Position numbers and translations under genes: made by a program
In this document: in pieces, positions 11,149 through 21,597 of the stretch
Layout: each line of letters starts with the position of its first letter
Numbering within the stretch: position 1 is the stretch's first letter
Assembly (NCBI RefSeq): GCF_032444005.1
Contig: NC_091288.1
Location: 225,308,001 to 225,372,000 of the forward strand
DNA from: Ranitomeya imitator
Lineage: Eukaryota
Direction of reading: 5' to 3'
DNA length: 64,000 bases
Notes under the pieces: model-generated
What the model was told of the DNA's origin: nothing
The model's input: the letters and a program-made list of their open reading frames with translations, nothing else
The model's database searches: none

Positions 11149-11892
11149 GCTTCCGTTGGTGGAGGAAAGTGGTACTGCGGCTTCTGAGTTTCCTTCCTCA
11201 GGTGATGTGGTGAAGTCGTTAGGTGCTGCTCTATTTAACTCCACCTAGTGCTTTGATCCTGGCCTCCAGTCAATGTTCTAGTATTGGACTAGCTTACTCC
11301 TGGATCGTTCCTGTGGCCTGCTGCTCTGCATAGCTAAGTTGCTCTTGTGTTGTTTTTTGTTTGCTGTTTTTTCTGTCCAGCTTGTTTATTTGGTTTTTCT
11401 TGCTTGCTGGAAGCTCTGGGACGCAGAGGGTGTACCTCTGTGCCGTTAGTCGGTACGGAGGGTCTTTTTGCCCCCTTTGCGTGGTTGTTTGTAGGGTTTT
11501 GTGTTGACCGCAAAGTTACCTTTCCTATCCTCGCTCTGTTCAGAAAGTCGGGCCTCACTTTGCTAAATCTATTTCATCTCTACGTTTGTCTTTTCATCTT
11601 AACTCAGTCATTATATGTGGGGGCTGCCTTTTCCTTTGGGGTATTTCTCTGAGGCAAGGTAGGCTTATTTTCTATCTTCAGGCTAGCTAGTTTCTCAGGC
11701 TGTGCCGAGTTGCATAGGGAGCGTTAGGCGCAATCCACGGCTGCCTCTAGTGTGGTTGGAGAGGATTAGGGATTGCGGTCAGCAGAGTTCCCACGTCTCA
11801 GAGCTCGTTCTATGTTTTTGGGTTATTGTCAGGTCACTGTATGTGCTCTGACTTCTATGTCCATTGTGGTACTGAATTACCAAATCATAACA
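11082..11892 (+). repeat. 3' LTR of chromovirus copy 1 (811 bp)
   Basis: Direct repeat of 6070-6884. Confidence 0.95.
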
Positions 11893-12448
11893 CCGAGCGT
11901 GCCGAGCCTGCCGAGTGTGCGGAGCCTGCCGAGTGTGCTGAGCGTGCGGAGCCTGCCGAGCGTGCGGAGCCTGCCGAGTGTGCTGAGCGTGCGGAGCCTG
12001 CCGAGTGCTGAGCGTGCCGAGCGTGCGGAGCCTGCCGAGTGTGCTGAGCGTGCGCAGCCTGCCAAGCGTGCGGAGCCTGCCGAGTGTGCTGAGCGTGCCG
12101 AGCCTGCCGAGTGTGCTGAGCGTGCCGAGTGTGCTGTGTGCGGAGCGTGCCGAGTGTGCGGGGCGTGCCGAGCATGCTGTGTGCGGAGCGTGCGGAGCCT
12201 GCCGAGCGTGCCGAGCCTGCCGAGTGTGCTGAGCGTGCCGAGTGTGCTGTGTGCGGAGCCTGCCGAGTGTGCGGGGCATGCCGAGCGTGCTGTGTGCGGA
12301 GCGTGCCGAGTGTGCGGAGCCTGCCGAGTGTGCTGAGCGTGCCGAGTGTGCTGAGCGTGCCGAGCGTGCTGTGTGCGGAGCGTGCCGAGCCTGCCGAGTG
12401 TGCTGAGCGTGCCGAGCCTGCCGAGCGTGCGTAGCCTGCCGAGCGTGC
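11893..12448. repeat. Continuation of the 9-bp satellite beyond chromovirus copy 1
   Basis: Same monomers as 1-6069; removing the element and one TSD copy restores a gagcgtgcc unit. Confidence 0.95.
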
Positions 12449-12644
12449 TCGTTACTGGGGTCTCTGAGCACCTTGGGCCCACTATGTAGCTACATAGAAA
12501 TAGATACGAGACCACCAATTATCAGGGTATAATATAAGGTAGTTCACGCCTTATTTATGCAGCAGGGGTTGGGGTAGCCCCCTCATAGAATATAATGCAA
12601 CTCACCACAGAATATAAAGCAGCCCCCCTCATATAGTAGAATGT

Positions 12645-13400
12645 CTGGTGCCAGGTCCTGGGCAGCGGCCAATGTCTGGTGCCGAGTCCTGGGCAGTGGC
12701 CGATGTCTGGTGCCAGGTCCTGGGCCGCGGCCGATACCTGGTGCCGGGTCCTGGGCAGTGGCCGATGTCTGGTGCCCGGTCCTGTGCCGCGGCCGATGTC
12801 TGGTGCCAGGTCCTGGGCCGCGGCCGATACCTGGTTCCGGGTCCTGGGCAGTGGCCGATGTCTGGTGCCAGGTCCTGGGCCGCGGCCGATACCTGGTTCC
12901 GGGTCCTGGACCGCGGCCGATGTCTGGTTCCAGGTCCTGGGCAGTGGCTGATGTCTGGTCCTGGGCCGCGGCCGATGTCTGGTTCCGGGTCCTGGGCCGC
13001 AGCCGATGTCTGGTTCCCGGTCCTGGGCAGTGGCCGATGTCTGGTTCCGGGTCCTGGGCCACAGCCGATGTCTGGTTCCCGGTCCTGGGCAGTGGCCGAT
13101 GTCTGGTGCCGGGTCCTGGGCCGCGGCCGATGTCTGGGGACGGGTCCTGGGCAGTGGCCGATGTCTGGTTCCGGGTCCTGGGCCGCAGCCGATGTCTGGG
13201 GACGGGTCCTGGGCAGTGGCCTATGTCTGGTGCCGGGTCCTAGGCCAATGTCTTGTGCTGGGTCGCAGGCCAATGTCTGCTGCCGGGTCCTAGGCCAATG
13301 TCTGGTTCCGGGTCCTAGACCCCGGCCGATGTCTGGTGCCGTGTCCTGGGCCGCGGCCGATGTTTGGTGCCGGGTCCTGGGATGCGGCAGATGTCTGGTG
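12645..13400. repeat. ~31-bp minisatellite (gtcctgggcagtggccgatgtctggtgcc(a/g)g)
   Basis: gtcctg recurs at 12655, 12686, 12717 and onward. Confidence 0.9.
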
Positions 13401-13927
13401 TCCCGACCCCTGCACGACATTGGAACACATGACTTGAACCCTCACCTCCTCACCATATGAGGCTCCAACCCCCGCACAACTTTGACCCCCACACGATGTG
13501 AGCCATCAACTCCCTGCATGACATCGCCCTGACCCTCGTATGACGTCGACTCAGACCCCCGCACGACGTCAACCCCGGCCCCACAGGATGTGAGGCTCCA
13601 ACCCCCACACGACGTGGACCCCAACCTTCACACCATATGAGGCTCCAACCCCCGCACAATGTCAGCCCTGACTCCCCCGCCCCTCCCAATGCCCGCGGGA
13701 CATTGACCCTAACCCTTCACTTGATGTCAGGCCCCAACCTCCTGCACGAAATTATTTGCTTTTATACCACCATGAGATGAGAAGGGGTTACATACAGGGT
13801 TATAGATATCGTTTACAGTACACAAATTTACAATGACAGACTGGTACAGAGGGGAGAGGACCCTGTCCTTGTGGACTTACATTCTACGGGATAATGAGGA
13901 AGAGACAGATGGTCGGGGGTGCAGCAG

Positions 13928-14410
13928 CTCTGGTGGTGGTGAGGCGTCAGCTCCGGTGGTGAGGCAGCAGCTCCGGTGGTGGTGAGGCAGCAGCTCGGGT
14001 GGTGGTGAGGCAGCAGCTCCGGTGTTGGTGAGGCGGCAGCTTCGGTGTTGGTGAGGCGGCAGCTCCGGTGGTGGTGAGGCGGCAGCTCCGGTGGTGGTGA
14101 GGCGGCAGCTCGGGTGGTGGTGAGGCAGGCAACAGCTGTGGTGTTGGTGAGGCGGCAGCTACGGTGGTGGTGAGGCGGCAGCTCCGGTGGTGGTGAGGCG
14201 GCAGCTCCGGTGGTGGTGAGGCGGCAGCTCCGGTGGTGGTGAGGCGGCAGCTTTGGTGGTGGTGAGGCGGCAGCTCCGGTGGTGGTGAGGCGGCAGCTCG
14301 GGTGGTGGTGAGGCAGCAGCTCCGGTGTTGGTGAGGCGGCAGTTCCGGTGTTGGTGAGGCGGCAGCTTTGGTGTTGGTGAGGCGGTAGCTCTTGTAGTGG
14401 TGAGGCAGCA
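13928..14410. repeat. 23-bp minisatellite (ggtggtggtgaggcggcagctcc) inside the L2 3' region
   Basis: Period of 23 (gctcc at 14181 and 14204); L2 sequence on both sides. Confidence 0.88.
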
Positions 14411-15786
14411 GAATGGTTATTGCAGGCTGTAGGCTTTCCTGAAGAGATGGGTTTTCAGGTTCCGTCTGAAGGAGCCGAGTGTGGTGGATAATCGGATGTG
14501 TTGAGGCATTGGAATTCCAGAGGATGGGGGATATTCGGGAGAAGTCTTGGAGGCGGTTGAGTGAGGAGCAAATAAGTGTGGAGGAGAGTAGGAGGTCTTG
14601 GGAGGACCGGAGATCACCTGAGGGAAGATATTGGGAGATTAGTTCAGAGATATAGGGAGGGGACAGGTTGTGGATGGCTTTGTAGATCAGTGTTAGTAGT
14701 TTGAACTGGATTCGTTGGGGAATTGGGAGCCAGTGGAGGGATTTGCAGAGGGGAGAAGCAGGGAAGTAGCGAGGAGAGAGGTGGATTAGCTGGGCAGCAG
14801 AGTTGAGGACAGACTGGAGTGGTGCAAGAGAGTTAGCGGGGAGGCCACAGAGGAGGGTGTTGCAGTAGTCGAGGCGGGAGATGATGAGGGTATGCACAAG
14901 AGTTTTAGTAGATTGTGGGCTGAGAAAGGGATGGATTCTAGCAATATTTTTGAGTTGGAGGCGACAGGAGGTGGCAAGAGTTTGGATGTGCGGTTCGAAG
15001 GACAGGGCAGAGTCGAGAGTTACCCCGAGGCAGCGGATTCAAGGTGCGGGAGAGAGAGTGATGCCGTTTACCATAATAGATCAGGTAGGGTGGATACGTG
15101 AGATGGGGGAAAGATGATGAGTTTGATTTTGTCTACATTGAGTTTAAGGAAGCGAGAGGTGAAGGAGGAAGATATGGCTGATAGACACTCCGGGGTTCTG
15201 GACAGCAGAGTGGTGACATCTGGGCCAGAGAGGTAGATCTGAGTATCGTCCGCACATAGGTGGTACTGGAAGCCATAGGACTTTATGAGTTGTCCTAGGC
15301 CAAGGGTATAGATGGAAAAAAGTAGGGGCCCTAGGACAGAGCCTTGAGGGACTCCAACAGAGAGAGAGGGTGGGATGAGGAGGTGGTGTGGGAGTGGGAA
15401 AAGCTAAATGTGCAATTGGAGAGGTATGAGGCAATCCAGGACAGGGCAAGGTCTTTGATGCCAGGGGAAGAAAGAATCTGTAGCAGTAGGCAGTGGTCTA
15501 CTGTGTCGAAGGCAGAGGACAGGTCGAGAAGGAGGAGGATGGAGAAGTGTCTGTTAGCTTTGGTTGTCAGTAAGTCATTTTTTTGAACATTTTTTCAGGA
15601 AATTGCGCCTGAGGGAATATTTCAATGATACAGAAGATTCAGAACCCACCTGGACTGAAGGAAAAGGGATCCTAACAACAAAGAAGATGTCAGACTGGAC
15701 ACCTCCACCTGGACGCAACCCTCATTTGGATAACTATATAGACTCCATCAGACATTTGATAAAACCCACCATCATAGATACTAACA

Positions 15787-16596
15787 TGTTGTGAATTCTG
15801 TGGCAGAGCTCCCTCCTGTGGTCACAAGTGGTACTTCGGCTGGTTCTCTCTGTGAGCTTCCGTTGGTGGAGGAAAGTGGTACTGCGGCTTCTGAGTTTCC
15901 TTCCTCAGGTGATGTGGTGAAGTCGTTAGGTGCTGCTCTATTTAACTCCACCTAGTGCTTTGATCCTGGCCTCCAGTCAATGTTCTAGTATTGGACCTGT
16001 TTCCTCCTGGATCGTTCCTGTGGCCTGCTGCTCTGCATAGCTAAGTTCCTCTTTGCTATTTGTTTGCTGTTTTTTTCTGTCCAGCTTGTCAATTTGTTTT
16101 TACTGCTTGCTGGAAGCTCTGGGACGCAGAGGGTGTACCTCCGTGCCGTTAGTTCGGTACGGAGGGTCTTTTTGCCCCCTTTGCGTGGTTTTTGTAGGGT
16201 TTTGTGTTGACCGCAAAGTTACCTTTCCTATCCTCGTTCTGTTCAGAAAGTTGGGCCTCACTTTGCTAAATCTATTTCATCTCTACGTTTGTCTTTTCAT
16301 CTTAACTCACAGTCATTATATGTGGGGGCTGCCTTTTCCTTTGGGGTATTTCTCTGAGGCAAGGTAGGCTTATTTTCTATCTTCAGGCTAGCTAGTTTCT
16401 CAGGCCGTGCCGAGTTGCATAGGGAGCGTTAGGCGCAATCCACGGCTGCCTTTAGTGTGGTTGGAGAGGATTAGGGATTGCGGTCAGCAGAGTTCCCACG
16501 TCTCAGAGCTCGTTCTATTATTTTGGGTTATTGTCAGATCACTGTATGTGCTCTGACTTCTATGTCCATTGTGGTACTGAATTACCTTTCATAACA
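15787..16596 (+). repeat. 5' LTR of chromovirus copy 2 (810 bp)
   Basis: TG...CA termini; direct repeat of 20789-21597. Confidence 0.95.
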
Positions 16597-16598
16597 GA

Positions 16599-16609
16599 AC
16601 TGGAGGCCA
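16599..16609 (+). other. Primer-binding site of copy 2 (probable self-priming type)
   Basis: actggaggcca is the exact reverse complement of tggcctccagt at 15967-15977. Confidence 0.72.
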
Positions 16610-16731
16610 AAAGTACTAATGATTCTCAATAGAGGGAAAAAAAAAGTTCTGAGACCATTTTTTTTCCTCTGCACTGTGTTTTGCCTTTTTTTCCCCTAGA
16701 CATTTGGGTGGTTCAGGACACAGGTGTAGCA

Positions 16732-19700
16732 ATGGACATTAAAGGTCTGTCTTCATGTGTGGATCAGCTCACGGCAAGAGTACAAAATATTCAAGACTTT
16801 GTGGTTCAGAATTCTATGTTAGAACCGAGAATTCCTATTCCTGATTTGTTTTTTGGCGATAGAACTAAATTTCTGAGTTTCAAAAATAATTGTAAACTAT
16901 TTCTGGCTTTGAAACCTCGCTCCTCTGGTGACCCAGTTCAACAGGTTAGGATCGTTATTTCTTTTTTGCGTGGCGACCCTCAGGACTGGGCATTTTCTCT
17001 TGCGTCAGGAGATCCTGCATTAAGTAATATCGATGCATTTTTCCTGGCGCTCGGATTGCTGTATGATGAGCCTAATTCTGTGGATCAGGCAGAGAAGAAT
17101 TTGCTGGCTCTTTGTCAGGCTCAGGATGAGATAGAGGTATATTGTCAGAAATTTAGAAAGTGGTCCGTACTCACTCAGTGGAATGAAGGTGCACTCGCAG
17201 CTATTTTCAGAAAAGGTCTCTCTGAAGCCCTTAAGGATGTCATGGTGGGATTTCCTATGCCTGCTGGTCTGAATGAGTCTATGTCTTTGGCCATTCAGAT
17301 CAGTCGACGCTTGCGCGAGCGTACATCTGTGCACCATTTGGCGGTATTACCTGAGCTTAAACCTGAGCCTATGCAGTGCGATAGGACTTTGACCAGAGTT
17401 GAACGGCAAGAACACAGACGTCTGAATGGGCTGTGTTTCTACTGTGGTGATTCCACTCATGCTATCTCTGATTGTCCTAAGCGCACTAAGCGGTTCGCTA
17501 GGTCTGCCACCATTGGTACGGTACAGTCAAAATTTCTTTTGTCCGTTACTTTGATCTGCTCTTTGTCATCGTATTCTGTCATGGCATTTGTGGACTCAGG
17601 CGCTGCTCTGAATTTGATGGACTTGGAGTATGCTAGGCGTTGTGGGTTTTTCTTGGAGCCCTTGCAGTGTCCTATTCCATTGAGAGGAATTGATGCTACG
17701 CCTTTGGCCAAGAATAAGCCTCAGTACTGGACCCAGCTGACCATGTGCATGGCTCCTGCACATCAGGAGGTTATTCGCTTTCTGGTGTTGCATAATCTGC
17801 ATGATGTGGTCATGTTGGGGTTGCCATGGCTACAAGTCCATAATCCAGTATTAGATTGGAAATCCATGTCTGTGTCCAGCTGGGGTTGTCAGGGGGTACA
17901 TGGTGATGTCCCATTTCTGACTATTTCGTCATCCACCCCTTCTGAGGTTCCTGAGTTCTTGTCTGATTACCGGGATTTATTTGATGAGCCCAAGTCCGAT
18001 ACCCTACCTCCGCATAGGGATTGTGATTGTGCTATCGATTTGATTCCTGGTAGTAAATTCCCAAAAGGTCAACTGATTAATTTATCTGTGCCTGAGCACG
18101 CCGCTATGCGGAGTTACGTGAAGGAGTCCTTGGAGAAGGGGCATATTCGCCCGTCGTCGTCGCCATTAGGAGCAGGGTTCTTTTTTGTAGCCAAGAAGGA
18201 TGGTTCACTGAGACCTTGTATAGATTACCGCCTTCTAAATAAGATCACGGTTAAATTTCAGTACCCCTTGCCATTGTTATCTGATTTGTTTGCTCGGATT
18301 AAGGGGGCTAGTTGGTTCACCAAGATAGATCTTCGTGGTGCGTATAATCTTGTGCTTATTAAGCGAGGCGATGAATGGAAAACTGCATTTAATACGCCCG
18401 AGGGTCATTTTGAGTATCTAGTGATGCCATTCGGACTTGCCAATGCTCCATCAGTGTTTCAGTCCTTTATGCATGACATCTTCCGAGAGTACCTGGATAA
18501 ATTCCTGATTGTGTACTTAGATGACATTTTGATCTTCTCGGATGATTGGGAGTCGCATGTGAAGCAGGTCAGAACGGTGTTTCAGGTCCTGCGTGCTAAT
18601 TCTTTGTTTGTGAAGGGATCAAAGTGTCTCTTTGGTGTTCAGAAGGTTTCATTTTTGGGGTTCATCTTTTCCCCTTCTACTATCGAGATGGACCCTGTTA
18701 AGGTTCAAGCCATCCATAATTGGACTCAGCCGACATCTCTGAAAAGTCTGCAAAAGTTCCTGGGCTTTGCTAATTTTTATCGTCGCTTCATCTGCAATTT
18801 TTCTAGTATTGCTAAACCATTGACCGATTTGACCAAGAAAGGTGCTGATTTGGTCAATTGGTCTTCTGCTGCGGTGGAAGCTTTTCAAGAGTTGAAGCGT
18901 CGTTTTTCTTCTGCCCCTGTGTTGTGTCAACCAGATGTTTCGCTTCTGTTCCAGGTCGAGGTTGATGCTTCTGAGATTGGAGCAGGGGCTGTTTTGTCGC
19001 AGAGAAGTTCTGATTGCTCGGTGATGAAACCATGCGCTTTCTTTTCCAGGAAGTTTTCGCCTGCTGAGCGAAATTATGATGTGGGCAATCGAGAGTTGCT
19101 GGCCATGAAGTGGGCATTCGAGGAGTGGCGTCATTGGCTTGAAGGAGCTAAGCATCGCGTGGTGGTCTTGACTGATCATAAGAACTTGACTTATCTCGAG
19201 TCCGCCAAGCGGTTGAATCCTAGACAAGCTCGTTGGTCGTTGTTTTTTGCCCGTTTCGACTTTGTGATTTCATACCTTCCGGGCTCTAAAAATGTGAAGG
19301 CGGATGCTCTGTCTAGGAGTTTTGTGCCCGACTCTCCGGGTTTATCTGAGCCGGCGGGTATCCTCAAAGAGGGAGTAATTGTGTCTGCCATCTCCCCTGA
19401 TTTGCGGCGGGTGCTGCAAAAATTTCAGGCTAATAAACCTGATCGTTGCCCAGCGGAGAAACTGTCCCTGATAGGTGGACGAATAAAGTTATCTCTGAGG
19501 TTCATTGTTCGGTGTTGGCTGGTCATCCTGGAATCTTTGGTACCAGAGAGTTAGTGGCTAGATCCTTTTGGTGGCCATCTCTGTCGCAGGATGTGCGTAC
19601 TTTTGTGCAGTCCTGTGGGATTTGTGCTCGGGCTAAGCCCTGCTGTTCTCATGCCAGTGGGTTGCTTTTGCCCTTGCCAGTCCCGAAGAGGCCTTGGACA

Positions 19701-20957
19701 CATATCTCTATGGATTTTATTTCAGATCTTCCCGTCTCTCAAAAGATGTCAGTCATTTGGGTGGTCTGTGATCGCTTCTCTAAGATGGTCCATTTGGTAC
19801 CCTTGTCTAAATTGCCTTCTTCCTCTGATTTGGTGCCATTGTTTTTCCAGCATGTGGTTCGTTTACATGGCATTCCAGAGAATATCGTTTCTGACGGAGG
19901 TTCCCAGTTTGTATCGAGGTTTTGGCGAGCCTTTTGTGGTAGGATGGGCATTGACTTGTCTTTTTCCTCGGCTTTCCATCCTCAGACTAATGGCCAGACC
20001 GAACGAACCAATCAGACCTTGGAAACATATCTGAGATGCCTTGTTTCTGCTGATCAGGATGACTGGGTGTCCTTTTTGCCTTTGGCTGAGTTCGCCCTTA
20101 ATAATCGGGCCAGCTCGGCTACCTTGGTTTCACCGTTTTTCTGCAACTCTGGGTTCCATCCTCGTTTCTCTTCAGGGCAGGTTGAGTCTTCGGACTGTCC
20201 TGGTGTGGATACTGTGGTGGACAGGTTGCAGCAGATTTGGACTCATGTAGTGGACAATTTGACTTTGTCCCAGGAGAAGGCTCAACGTTTCGCTGATCGC
20301 AGACGCTGTGTGGGTCCCCGACTTCGGGTTGGGGACTTGGTTTGGTTATCTTCTCGTCATATTCCTATGAAGGTTTCCTCTCCTAAGTTTAAACCTCGTT
20401 TTATTGGTCCGTATAGGATTTCTGAGGTTCTTAATCCTGTGTCTTTTCGTCTGACCCTTCCAGATTCTTTTTCCATACATAACGTATTCCATAGGTCATT
20501 GTTGCGGAGATACGTGGCACCTATGGTTCCATCTGTTGATCCTCCTGCCCCGGTTTTGGTGGAGGGGGAGTTGGAGTATATTGTGGAGAAGATTTTGGAT
20601 TCTCGTGTTTCAAGGCGGAAACTCCAGTATCTGGTTAAGTGGAAGGGTTATGCTCAGGAAGATAATTCCTGGGTCTTTGCCTCTGATGTCCATGCTCCCG
20701 ATCTTGTTCGTGCCTTTCATATGGCTCATCCTGGTCGTCCTGGGGGCTCTGGTGAGGGTTCGGTGACCCCTCCTCAAGGGGGGGGTACTGTTGTGAATTC
20801 TGTGGCAGAGCTCCCTCCTGTGGTCACAAGTGGTACTTCGGCTGGTTCTCTCTGTGAGCTTCCGTTGGTGGAGGAAAGTGGTACTGCGGCTTCTGAGTTT
20901 CCTTCCTCAGGTGATGTGGTGAAGTCGTTAGGTGCTGCTCTATTTAACTTCACCTAG
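16732..20957 (+). pseudogene. Gag-Pol of chromovirus copy 2, broken by a 4-bp deletion near 19464
   Basis: ORFs 16681-19554 and 19446-20957 each match the copy 1 protein. Copy 1 gagaaactgtttgtccctgat is gagaaactgtccctgat here. Confidence 0.93.
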
Positions 20958-21597
20958 TGCTTTGATCCTGGCCTCCAGTCAATGTTCTAGTATTGGACCT
21001 GTTTCCTCCTGGATCGTTCCTGTGGCCTGCTGCTCTGCATAGCTAAGTTCCTCTTTGCTATTTGTTTGCTGTTTTTTTCTGTCCAGCTTGTCAATTTGTT
21101 TTTACTGCTTGCTGGAAGCTCTGGGACGCAGAGGGTGTACCTCCGTGCCGTTAGTTCGTACGGAGGGTCTTTTTGCCCCCTTTGCGTGGTTTTTGTAGGG
21201 TTTTGTGTTGACCGCAAAGTTACGTTTCCTATCCTCGCTCTGTTCAGAAAGTTGGGCCTCACTTTGCTAAATCTATTTCATCTCTACGTTTGTCTTTTCA
21301 TCTTAACTCACAGTCATTATATGTGGGGGCTGCCTTTTCCTTTGGGGTATTTCTCTGAGGCAAGGTAGGCTTATTTTCTATCTTCAGGCTAGCTAGTTTC
21401 TCAGGCCGTGCCGAGTTGCATAGGGAGCGTTAGGCGCAATCCACGGCTGCCTTTAGTGTTGTTGGAGAGGATTAGGGATTGCGGTCAGCAGAGTTCCCAC
21501 GTCTCAGAGCTCGTTCTATGTTTTTGGGTTATTGTCAGGTCACTGTATGTGCTCTGACTTCTATGGCCATTGTGGTACTGAATTACCTTTCATAACA
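20789..21597 (+). repeat. 3' LTR of chromovirus copy 2 (809 bp)
   Basis: Follows PPT aagggggggg-tac; ends ttcataaca. Confidence 0.95.

Larger units (their letters stand above)
6070..11892 (+). mobile_element. Full-length Ty3/gypsy chromovirus LTR retrotransposon (Tf1/sushi-like), copy 1, intact ORF
   Basis: TG...CA LTRs at 6070-6884 and 11082-11892; 6-bp TSD ccgagc (6064-6069 / 11893-11898); PPT; single gag-pol ORF with chromodomain. Confidence 0.97.
15787..21597 (+). mobile_element. Full-length chromovirus copy 2 (same family as copy 1), frameshifted
   Basis: LTRs at 15787-16596 and 20789-21597; 6-bp TSD ctaaca (15781-15786 / 21598-21603). Confidence 0.97.

Noticed and set aside
11347-11652. 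~100-aa hydrophobic ORFs inside the LTRs (also 16053-16367 and 21066-21368)
   Set aside because: They use non-ATG starts, and frames differ between LTR copies because of indels.
13947-14897. 316-aa minus-strand ORF
   Set aside because: It is a chimera of the L2 ORF2 C-terminus and a 23-bp minisatellite.
16597-16615. Conventional tRNA PBS (TGG...)
   Set aside because: The TGG is 4 nt from the LTR, and I recall only ~6 nt of match to any vertebrate tRNA end (CCUCCA of Gln/Cys). Self-complementarity explains the site better. A tRNA database search is still needed.
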